The translations under genes were made by a program, and so were the position numbers. From positions 1 through 64,000 of the IMG/VR virus record IMGVR_UViG_3300036987_000100: 64,000 nucleotides of DNA; one strand, given 5' to 3'. Position 1 is the first letter of the stretch. Each line of letters starts with the position of its first letter. Source of the DNA: a virus (taxonomy: Duplodnaviria > Caudoviricetes). The notes beneath the pieces are model-generated. The model worked only from the letters and a program-made list of their open reading frames with translations, ran no database searches and had not been told where the DNA came from. Below are positions 8,355 to 15,825 of the stretch, piece by piece.

Positions 8355-10955
8355 TCAAGGCACCCAGCCTTGCTTCTTATAGAACTTGTCTCGGTACTCG
8401 CCGGATTTTTTGCATAGGTTGATGTGATCATCTCGAAAATCCACAACCACGGGGTCTTTTTTTCCTTCAAAAGGGCGCAGGATGCGTCCTGCAATCTGCT
8501 CAACATCACCCATCGGGCAAGTCAGAAACAGGGTATCCAATGGGGGGATGTCCAAGCCTTCCTGCACGAGCTGACTGGTCGCGAAAATCACCTGAGCCTT
8601 GGAAGCCACATCAAGAGCTTCTTGGGTCTGCCCTCCAATATAGAAGCCGACAGAGGGCTTGGCCCCCGCGTCACCCCATTGCTTGTAGAGCGCCGTTTCA
8701 AGGTCCTGTAGGTGTTGAAGGCGTTCCGAAACAACTAGACACTTCCGCCCAGCCCTTACCGCCAAAAGCACCTGCTCGGTGATGGCTCGATTACGCCCCG
8801 CGCTAACGCACATAAACCGAAGCAATAACCCCTTTTTGATGAGGCTGGAGTTGAAGTTCGGTGCATGCACAATCTTGAAGAGGTCTGGTGTAATCCAGAC
8901 CTTGCGCACCTTGGGCTTCATTCGCACTTCTGTTGAAGCAAAGATCACTTCACCTATATGGTGATGAAAAACCGCATCGGCTCCATCCTTCCTGCGCGGA
9001 GTGGCCGAAAGACCAAGCCACCATCGAGCAGGAAACAGCGGGGGCACCCGGGACCAGGTTGCGGAACCTATACGATGGCAATTGTGAACTAAAATGCCGT
9101 TGGCTACGAAGTTATGGTTACCGTCAACGTCAAGATCGAACACCGGCTCTTCCCCACGCGCAGGGTCGTCTACGATCGCCGTAACCTTCTGGAAACTTGT
9201 ACTCCATCCCGGGGGCGCAGAACTTTTGAAAGCGTTCGAGCCACTTAATGGCGCACCCGGTTCGAAGCCTGAGCGCGTAGTACCCCCTGTAGTTGTAGGG
9301 GCGGGGGCTGAAACCCATCGTCTTGAGTTGGGCAGCGATAAGCCCAACATCTTTTTTACAAAAACCTTCAGTGTGAAAAACAATCCCGCCACGATTGATG
9401 GAGCCATCATCCATGTACCACCAAGCCCACCCTTCCTCGGAAATGCGCCGCAGCCACTCAACGGTAACGCGCTTGGGAGTACCAACAAGGGCGAGAACCG
9501 ATTGAAGCCTTGGGTGGCACATGCTGCTACCACGGCAGGACCACTCCCCGTAGCCGCCATTGAGACAGCGTTTAGTTCGAACCCCGAGCCCGAGGAGCCG
9601 GTTAGATTTGTGGGTTGCCCATTTGTTTTGGTCCCAACCATGATTAAATACGACTCTTGGGTTGGCGGTAGGGTGCGGCTTTCCAATATAGGAGTCTCCA
9701 AGCAAGGTTCCGTAAAGAAGTCCAAGCACCTCTTCAGAAATGGAACCTCGTTGTTCGCCAACGCGATTGTGTCCTGGAAGATGTTTGGCCCATTTATGAA
9801 ATCGCAATCTTTTTCGATCAAAAGAAACGGGAAGCCGGACGTGCTCGCCGCAACCGCACTCGCATAACGGTGCTTGGGCTTCCAGCTCCAATCTTCGAGC
9901 AACTTTATCAACGCAGCTCTTGCCTTTACGGCTATGTCCAATAACGTATTTACGGCTCCGACCCCTAACGTCAAAGGCTGGAGTATCCTGTCCGCAGCCG
10001 CAGCCACAGGGGACAGCAAGCTGTCTCCAACCTTCAGGTTTCGGGCCTGTACCCAACCTGCTGTTGTCAAAAACAAGTGCTCCGGAGTGCAACGGACCGT
10101 TCGACTTTCGACCCGAATGGTCAGCGTTTTTCGGCTTTTCCTTGGTAGCCATCGTAGAACCTTTCGGTACTCCCATTTATGAGTCGACTCATTGAAGGTT
10201 AGCACGCGAATGGAGGGATAGCTACCTAGCTCGGAAATTGGAAGTAAGCCTCGGTCTGTGTGAATAACCGAATCGCCAGAAATGCACTCATCTGTCAGCA
10301 CTAGGCCGAAGTACTTATTGAAGTCCTCCCCGTAATCCTTCTCGCATAGGGAGTGCACCATCCCGAGGACGACGTGCTTTCCCTTGAAGTCGCAATCAGG
10401 CCCTTGAGCGATGCCTACTTGGGCATCAGGAAGGTATTGCCTAATGCGCTCCCGCCACTGGTCCATCAGGAACTCTTTGTGGACTACAACGAGTGTAGGA
10501 ACTTGAAGCTCGGCCATAAGGGCGCAAGAGAGTACCGTTTTCCCAAAACCCGGAACCGCACGGACAATCCCACCCAAACAGCCCGCGCGCAACATGGCAA
10601 CGATGTGTACGCGACCACGAGCCTGTTCTTCGCGTAGGGTACCCGCGAACTTCAAGTCCCCGGGCCACTCGGTCTTATCCCCCTCAATGGTTCGAAACTC
10701 CACTTCGTGCGCAGGCTTCCTGCGGCCGAGGAAGAACTGGCGAGGCATTCCGAAAGCCGCAGCGTTCTCAGTGAACAAGGAGATGGGACTGGGGGCCTCC
10801 CCAGGGTGATCCCCGACTTTGCGCGGAGTAATAGTGAGAGCACGGCGAAGGGCCTCTAGCTGCGCGGCTGATAAGTCCTTCTTGGAAGCCCAAGCCCAAC
10901 TGTCAATGATAACCTTCAAGACCGCCCCCCAGGCAGCACCGACACAGGTATGCAC
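8355..10955 (-). CDS. superfamily 2 (DExH) helicase with an intein
   Basis: LREEQ, GFGKT, DE|CH after splicing, GLSATPRRKDG, QEGLDIP, QIAGRILR. Confidence 0.92.
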   Translation of the reverse strand: MHTCVGAAWGAVLKVIIDSWAWASKKDLSAAQLEALRRALTITPRKVGDHPGEAPSPISLFTENAAAFGMPRQFFLGRRKPAHEVEFRTIEGDKTEWPGDLKFAGTLREEQARGRVHIVAMLRAGCLGGIVRAVPGFGKTVLSCALMAELQVPTLVVVHKEFLMDQWRERIRQYLPDAQVGIAQGPDCDFKGKHVVLGMVHSLCEKDYGEDFNKYFGLVLTDECISGDSVIHTDRGLLPISELGSYPSIRVLTFNESTHKWEYRKVLRWLPRKSRKTLTIRVESRTVRCTPEHLFLTTAGWVQARNLKVGDSLLSPVAAAADRILQPLTLGVGAVNTLLDIAVKARAALIKLLEDWSWKPKHRYASAVAASTSGFPFLLIEKDCDFINGPNIFQDTIALANNEVPFLKRCLDFFTEPCLETPILESRTLPPTQESYLIMVGTKTNGQPTNLTGSSGSGFELNAVSMAATGSGPAVVAACATQGFNRFSPLLVLPSALPLSGCGAFPRKGGLGGTWMMAPSIVAGLFFTLKVFVKKMLGLSLPNSRRWVSAPAPTTTGGTTRSGFEPGAPLSGSNAFKSSAPPGWSTSFQKVTAIVDDPARGEEPVFDLDVDGNHNFVANGILVHNCHRIGSATWSRVPPLFPARWWLGLSATPRRKDGADAVFHHHIGEVIFASTEVRMKPKVRKVWITPDLFKIVHAPNFNSSLIKKGLLLRFMCVSAGRNRAITEQVLLAVRAGRKCLVVSERLQHLQDLETALYKQWGDAGAKPSVGFYIGGQTQEALDVASKAQVIFATSQLVQEGLDIPPLDTLFLTCPMGDVEQIAGRILRPFEGKKDPVVVDFRDDHINLCKKSGEYRDKFYKKQGWVP
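9081..10286 (-). mobile_element. intein in helicase motif II, 402 aa; its endonuclease is in a different frame
   Basis: TDE|CISGDS...CTPEHLF...VFDLDVDGNHNFVANGILVHN|CHR. Confidence 0.95.
9130..10176 (-). CDS. LAGLIDADG homing endonuclease overprinted in the -1 frame inside the intein
   Basis: CGCGCG and CECGCG repeats, LYGTLLGDSYI, WWYMDDGSI, PGMEYKF; 10955-10176=779, not divisible by 3. Confidence 0.85.
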   Translation of the reverse strand: MGVPKGSTMATKEKPKNADHSGRKSNGPLHSGALVFDNSRLGTGPKPEGWRQLAVPCGCGCGQDTPAFDVRGRSRKYVIGHSRKGKSCVDKVARRLELEAQAPLCECGCGEHVRLPVSFDRKRLRFHKWAKHLPGHNRVGEQRGSISEEVLGLLYGTLLGDSYIGKPHPTANPRVVFNHGWDQNKWATHKSNRLLGLGVRTKRCLNGGYGEWSCRGSSMCHPRLQSVLALVGTPKRVTVEWLRRISEEGWAWWYMDDGSINRGGIVFHTEGFCKKDVGLIAAQLKTMGFSPRPYNYRGYYALRLRTGCAIKWLERFQKFCAPGMEYKFPEGYGDRRRPCAWGRAGVRS

Positions 10956-11557
10956 TCCCGGATACGCCGTTGCACCTCGTCATAGGAGCCCATGCCGTCG
11001 ACAACGTCCCAGTTGTTCTGCCGAAAAAGCCTCAAATACTCGGCACGAACTCGCTCCTGCATCCACTCCTGCGCCTCATAACGGTCGAGGTCTCGGGTCC
11101 TTCTTCTGCGAGACTCACTTACTGGGATATCAATGAGAATGCACACGTCAGGCTGAGGAAGAAAAGCGTGAATCTTGTCCAAGAAGGCAGCAGGCACCCC
11201 GTTTACAAGACCGTAGACGCGCCCAGAGGGGATATAGCGGTCAAGCACGACTACCCGCCGCTGAAGCTGCGCAAGAAGCGCGTGTGCCTCTTCGTACCGA
11301 TTCACAGTCATCAAGCACTGCAATACAAGCTCGTCCACAGGGTCTCTCACTGTCGGCGAGCGCTCAGCGCAGGCCGCCCATTCCCGGTTGAGATGACGGG
11401 CGATGGCCTTACCAGTCAGACTCTCGTAATTTGGAAAATGCTGGTAGAAAGCGTCCTGCTGCTGGCTAATAAACCACTCAACCAGTCCCTGGGACTGAGA
11501 GCCCTTCCCAGCGCCGTCTATTCCCTCAATAACGATCAAAGGGTTTTTTCCAAGCAC
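10916..11557 (-). CDS. tmk: thymidylate kinase
   Basis: IVIEGIDGAGKGSQ, LDRY, PDVCILIDIP. Confidence 0.92.
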   Translation of the reverse strand: MLGKNPLIVIEGIDGAGKGSQSQGLVEWFISQQQDAFYQHFPNYESLTGKAIARHLNREWAACAERSPTVRDPVDELVLQCLMTVNRYEEAHALLAQLQRRVVVLDRYIPSGRVYGLVNGVPAAFLDKIHAFLPQPDVCILIDIPVSESRRRRTRDLDRYEAQEWMQERVRAEYLRLFRQNNWDVVDGMGSYDEVQRRIRECIPVSVLPGGRS

Positions 11558-11574
11558 TGTCGGCTCCCCGGGTC

Positions 11575-11590
11575 ACGACCACATGGTCGC
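11575..11590. repeat. 16-bp palindrome copy 2 (ACGACCACATGGTCGC)
   Basis: Read directly; between the terminator and the tmk RBS. Confidence 0.95.
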
Positions 11591-11591
11591 T

Positions 11592-11637
11592 AAAAAACTG
11601 AGTCGGTAGCCCAAGAGGGGGGTTGGGCTACCGACTC
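11592..11637 (-). terminator. Rho-independent terminator after the phage SSB
   Basis: Perfect 15-bp stem 11600-11614/11623-11637, followed by T6 on the minus strand. Confidence 0.9.
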
Positions 11638-11732
11638 GATGCTGCGTCCTAGAAAATCCCCATGCCGCGTCTACGTCCGGTTACCACAAGCCTGCCCCTA
11701 ACCTAGAAGGTCTAGGAAAGCAGACTGTCTGC

Positions 11733-12569
11733 CTAGAAAGGAACATCCTCATCAGCCCCACCGCTACCGGTACCACCAACAGAACCTCCAGTCGCACCGC
11801 CACCACCGAATTCTCCGTCCTCACGCTTGTCAATCTGCTGCCCGTTCAGCGCCGCACGAATGTCCTTGGGGCTAAGCGGGTACAGAATCTTGGCGTAGTT
11901 GAACGGAACAATCTTCGGAACAACCTTCCCGTCAGCAACTTCCACCTTCCAAGTGTTCTTCAGACGGTTGATGTTCTCCTCGTCTACGCCCTTCGCGAAG
12001 AGATCGCTGAGCTTCTTACCCTTGTAGTTCGCAAGGGTAAACAGCTTCGCCATGTCAGCGTCCCGAACCATCTCGAATTCATCCCCGGTCGCTGCGGACT
12101 TGCTGTCAATGCGCGCAATGGAGAAGAGCTTGCCAGCGAAGGGACCCCGGTCCTTTCGTCGCATCTCAAGGCGCTTGAGCGTCTTCAACTTGGCAGGAAA
12201 CAGCTTCAACTCGTACTGGTACTTATTGCCCTTCTTGTCGACCCACTCCGAGCAATCGATTACCGTGTAGAACCCCACGTAGTAGGGCTTGTAGCCGCTC
12301 GGGTTGAGAAGCTCGCAGCAAGCTGCGTCGTCGTAAATCTCCTTGCCGCAGGTGTACCAATTCTTCCACTCTCCATTCATCTTTGGATTGTGCTCATGAA
12401 TCGCGCAAGGCTCGTCATCCACAAAAACAAGCTCGCGCTTGCCTCCGGCCGGAATCCAGATGCGATTCGGTGTATTGGTGTTGTCGATGCGATCCTGCTC
12501 GCGCTTAATACCGGCGTAACCGGTGTCATACCAAGACTTCTGTTCGGTGCTCGCGGCGGTTTCAGACAT
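11733..12569 (-). CDS. phage-type single-stranded DNA-binding protein
   Basis: Aromatic/basic core, Gly-rich linker and acidic DEDVPF tail. Confidence 0.7.
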   Translation of the reverse strand: MSETAASTEQKSWYDTGYAGIKREQDRIDNTNTPNRIWIPAGGKRELVFVDDEPCAIHEHNPKMNGEWKNWYTCGKEIYDDAACCELLNPSGYKPYYVGFYTVIDCSEWVDKKGNKYQYELKLFPAKLKTLKRLEMRRKDRGPFAGKLFSIARIDSKSAATGDEFEMVRDADMAKLFTLANYKGKKLSDLFAKGVDEENINRLKNTWKVEVADGKVVPKIVPFNYAKILYPLSPKDIRAALNGQQIDKREDGEFGGGGATGGSVGGTGSGGADEDVPF

Positions 12570-12632
12570 AGTAATGCTCCTTGAGGGTACTTTCGTGTCA
12601 ATCGTTGTTATCGCTACGTGGAACCACCCGTC

Positions 12633-13109
12633 TTAAAACGGGTGGGATACTGCATCTGCCGCCACAGACTTCGGAAGACTTTCCGAGTCAGGCGAAGGGG
12701 GCTGCGAAGTCGCCGCCTCGGCGGCGGGAGGTTCAAAAGCGGAATCAGCAATCGAACCATGGTCACGGGCATCGGGTGTAGGCTCGAACCTGGAGTCACC
12801 AATCCCAACACCCACCGGTACCGCCTCGGCGAGCTTCTCACTCTTCTTGGACTTCTTGGGTTTGGCCTCGTCAGGCTCTTCCATCCGAATACGCTTAATA
12901 TACCCATCCACGATTCGGTCGCAGTCCCCGCAGAGATCTTCGTAACAGAAGAGAATTTTATCCGCGTTCTCGCCCTTCGGGCCCGTAAAGGTACAGGCAA
13001 CTCGCGTAGACTTGAACTTTGGAAGTTCCTCGCCGTATTTCAGGGAAGAGGTGTCGAAAGGATGCTGGCAACGGTCGCACACTCGGTGCACAGCCACTTT
13101 AATCGCCAT
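12633..13109 (-). CDS. hypothetical protein with CDRC and CGDC motifs
   Basis: Co-oriented ORF; GGAG upstream of the ATG. Confidence 0.65.
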   Translation of the reverse strand: MAIKVAVHRVCDRCQHPFDTSSLKYGEELPKFKSTRVACTFTGPKGENADKILFCYEDLCGDCDRIVDGYIKRIRMEEPDEAKPKKSKKSEKLAEAVPVGVGIGDSRFEPTPDARDHGSIADSAFEPPAAEAATSQPPSPDSESLPKSVAADAVSHPF

Positions 13110-13181
13110 GTAATAACTCCGGCTACGGTCAATGGTTCAGGTGTCCGAGAATTTTCGCTTCTCGACGAGCGCTTTAACCAC

Positions 13182-13211
13182 GTCATATCCCGGGGAAGAA
13201 CAGGGTGTCAA
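13182..13211 (-). promoter_or_regulatory. sigma70-like promoter candidate
   Basis: TTGACA-N18-TATGAC in the intergenic gap. Confidence 0.45.
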
Positions 13212-13232
13212 GCACTAAAGCTCAGTAACAAG

Positions 13233-14288
13233 CTATAGAGCCTTAAGCGCAGCAAGTTCCTCCCAGTTTAAGTCGTCAGGATCCTTCCCTGTAGCCATAG
13301 GTGAAGTAACTACAGACATTCTAGCGCCCAAGCGCGCATGAATACGCTCGGCAGCTTCTTCACCAGGCTCATCCCCGTCGGGAACAATGACAACTCGGGT
13401 AAACATACTCGTACACTTCTCGACCTGTACCCGAGAAAGGTAGGCGCCCATGATGGCGAAAGCATTGATACCTTCCTGCTGGAGAAACATCACGTCAAAA
13501 AAGCCCTCAGTAAGGTAACCGGGAACGTCTCGCTCGTTGAAGCGCTCTCCATACAAGTAGAAGTCCCGACGAAACCCCTTGGAGTGCAGAAACTTGGGGC
13601 GCTGCCCATCAAATGCACGTCCAGAAATACCAACAAGATTGCCTTTGGCGTCTCGAATGGGAATGGCAATCCTTCGAGCACCCTCGTGCCACCTCAGCTC
13701 CCAGCGCTTAATGGTAGCATGAGTAAGCCGACGCTCTTCTCGGAGGTACTTCATCACCTCCGGACTGGGCTCTGTAAACCGAGCCAGTTCCGCCTCGGAT
13801 AAAGGAGGCGGAGCCTCTTCGAGTTGGGCTGCGGCCGTAGCAGTTAAATCGAGCCCTGTAACATCCGCTAAAGCAGTACCGGGCGGATGCTTCCATCCCG
13901 ATACATTCGTAAGCGCCTGTCGCTTCTGCTCTATCTGAGCCGCAGATACCTCGTTTCTGATTGCGGTCCAAAGATACAAGTCCCCACCGCCAACACCGGG
14001 CATGCGGGGTAGAGGGCGCTTAGAGCGACGCGCAATCTGCTGAAGCAGCCCATTATCACCAACAAGAGAGCCGCTGGCGTTACATGTGTAGCATTTGAAC
14101 TTTGACTCCCCCTCGCCTTTGTCGTCTGAATGTACAGAGATTCCGAAGGAGGGGTGCTTATCGATTCCCCCTTTGTGCGCCCACTTCGCGAGAGGGCATG
14201 TAGACCCAACCCAAGTGTTTCCCATGTTGGGCCTAATATTCGAGCAGCCCAAGACCTGAAGGAGCTGCATTGCCTCGTCCGCCTTCAT
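13233..14288 (-). CDS. dnaG: DnaG-type primase (zinc-binding domain plus TOPRIM)
   Basis: CPLA...H...PSF...FKCYTC; IAIPI...GISGR; LTEGFFDV; PDGDEPG. Confidence 0.9.
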   Translation of the reverse strand: MKADEAMQLLQVLGCSNIRPNMGNTWVGSTCPLAKWAHKGGIDKHPSFGISVHSDDKGEGESKFKCYTCNASGSLVGDNGLLQQIARRSKRPLPRMPGVGGGDLYLWTAIRNEVSAAQIEQKRQALTNVSGWKHPPGTALADVTGLDLTATAAAQLEEAPPPLSEAELARFTEPSPEVMKYLREERRLTHATIKRWELRWHEGARRIAIPIRDAKGNLVGISGRAFDGQRPKFLHSKGFRRDFYLYGERFNERDVPGYLTEGFFDVMFLQQEGINAFAIMGAYLSRVQVEKCTSMFTRVVIVPDGDEPGEEAAERIHARLGARMSVVTSPMATGKDPDDLNWEELAALKAL

Positions 14289-14297
14289 AGCCTACCC

Positions 14298-14651
14298 CTA
14301 CTCTTTCTCGCCCTTCTTCTCATTCCGCCCCAAGTAGTGAGCGTCGTTCTTCGGCAACGGAGGAGGCTCTCCGCCGGGAACGCCCTTGTCTGTGCGCTTG
14401 CCCTGGCCAGCAATGTACTGGGCATACATGGAGTCAAAGAGCTTGTTCTTTCTCGCCCCCTCCATACCCTGCTGATCATGCTTTCGGCCCTTGCTGGTGG
14501 CCTCGTTGCCGGAGGTATAGCCGTACTTGGCACACTGCGCCTTAGCGATTTCCAAGGCTGAGGCAAAACGCTCTTTGGTAGGGCCAGGTAGCCCAGTTTT
14601 TTGCATGATTGCGAGCGCCATGTGTTTAACAACCGAGGGAAAGTCAGCCAT
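14298..14651 (-). CDS. hypothetical basic protein, 117 aa
   Basis: Co-oriented; AAGGAG upstream. Confidence 0.65.
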   Translation of the reverse strand: MADFPSVVKHMALAIMQKTGLPGPTKERFASALEIAKAQCAKYGYTSGNEATSKGRKHDQQGMEGARKNKLFDSMYAQYIAGQGKRTDKGVPGGEPPPLPKNDAHYLGRNEKKGEKE

Positions 14652-14695
14652 CAGACGACTCCTTCAAGCATCTAAAAGTGAAGCAGGTGTTCGGC

Positions 14696-15037
14696 TTAGG
14701 GTTTTGCGCCCAAGTAAGCAGCCAAGGTCGCTAAAGTGTGGAAGACGGGCCTATTTAGGGCCTGCATACGCTTAACCTCCCTTTCGGCTCCCGGAGAGAT
14801 TCCGGGCAGACGAAGCAAAGCATCTGAACGATCCAGCCACACAAAGTCATAGTCCATCCACTCCTCGTAGCTACGAGGCCGTAGCAGATGCAAATAATGG
14901 CTGAGATGGGGCACAAACGGAGTTGCCCCGAGGTCCATAATAGCGTGAGCCGCCATCAGCGCAGCCCGCACGTTGTCCTCCGTGTTTCCGCCAGAATAGG
15001 GACCTGCGATGTACACAGTCTTGATGCCAGACATCAT
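14696..15037 (-). CDS. DUF4406 / nucleoside 2-deoxyribosyltransferase-like protein
   Basis: VYIAGPYSG...PFVPH...WLDRSDALLRLPG.SPGAERE; GGAGG before the ATG at 15037. Confidence 0.75.
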   Translation of the reverse strand: MMSGIKTVYIAGPYSGGNTEDNVRAALMAAHAIMDLGATPFVPHLSHYLHLLRPRSYEEWMDYDFVWLDRSDALLRLPGISPGAEREVKRMQALNRPVFHTLATLAAYLGAKP

Positions 15038-15825
15038 ACCTCCGAAGCGACCACATGGTCGCTTGTTGGTTGAAAAGTTTTCAGGGCCAGGCTCTCGTAG
15101 CGACTGCCGCGCGAACCGCCCAGCCACACGCTGCTAGGGAGAATGGAGGTCTCCAACAAAAAGGCTTTCTGGATTTTTGACGCAGCATTCAAAACAACCA
15201 AGAAATGATACTTGGCTTTTCGATTGGTGGTATCGAAATGACAGCGGCCCCGATAGGGTCGAGAAGTCTTCACCTCTACCGGAGCCCCATCCAGCAGAAA
15301 GTCGTGCTCTGCGTACCAGTGCGTAGCCGAAATAGATACCGCAGTAGGGAATAAGCTCCCAAAGTAAGAAAGACCTATCTTGGCTAAGCGTACTCTCGGA
15401 TCGCTTTCGTTTCCAGAGGTGAGCTGTTCTCTGCGAGATAAGCTGATATGGCTGCTTGCGGGAAGCGCCTCTAGATTAAGTATGTGGTTATCGAGCTTGT
15501 CGCCGTTCTTGTGGTGTATGTGCCAACCATCAGGAGTAGACCCATGAGTAGTCTCCCACACCACAATAGGTTCAAAGACGTAGCCATGCCTATCGGCTCT
15601 CCTGTGTCTTGGGGCATAAATTCGTCTGTAGCCTCCGGCGATACTCGACTTGCCTTCCAGTCTTCTTCCGGCCGGACGTCGCGCAACTCCCTCCGCCTTT
15701 AGTAGATTGCTTATAGTAACAGGGGCACACGCATATAGAGCGCCCAATGACGCAGTTGTTTCCCCCGAGACATACGCATAGACAACGCGTGCTCTGTCCT
15801 CGGGAGTAACGAATAATTTTTTCAT
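15034..15825 (-). CDS. HNH endonuclease with N-terminal HTH and C-terminal PD-(D/E)XK-like domain
   Basis: IHHKNGDKLDNHILNL; DFLLDGAPVEVKTS. Confidence 0.8.
   Translation of the reverse strand: MKKLFVTPEDRARVVYAYVSGETTASLGALYACAPVTISNLLKAEGVARRPAGRRLEGKSSIAGGYRRIYAPRHRRADRHGYVFEPIVVWETTHGSTPDGWHIHHKNGDKLDNHILNLEALPASSHISLSRREQLTSGNESDPRVRLAKIGLSYFGSLFPTAVSISATHWYAEHDFLLDGAPVEVKTSRPYRGRCHFDTTNRKAKYHFLVVLNAASKIQKAFLLETSILPSSVWLGGSRGSRYESLALKTFQPTSDHVVASEV
15047..15062. repeat. 16-bp palindrome copy 3 (GCGACCACATGGTCGC)
   Basis: Read directly; just 5' of the GGAGG of the 15037 gene. Confidence 0.95.

Noticed and set aside
9094-9867. 257-aa plus-strand ORF inside the helicase intein
   Set aside because: It is antisense to two overlapping minus-strand frames, shows no recognisable motif and has no evident RBS; treated as a shadow ORF.
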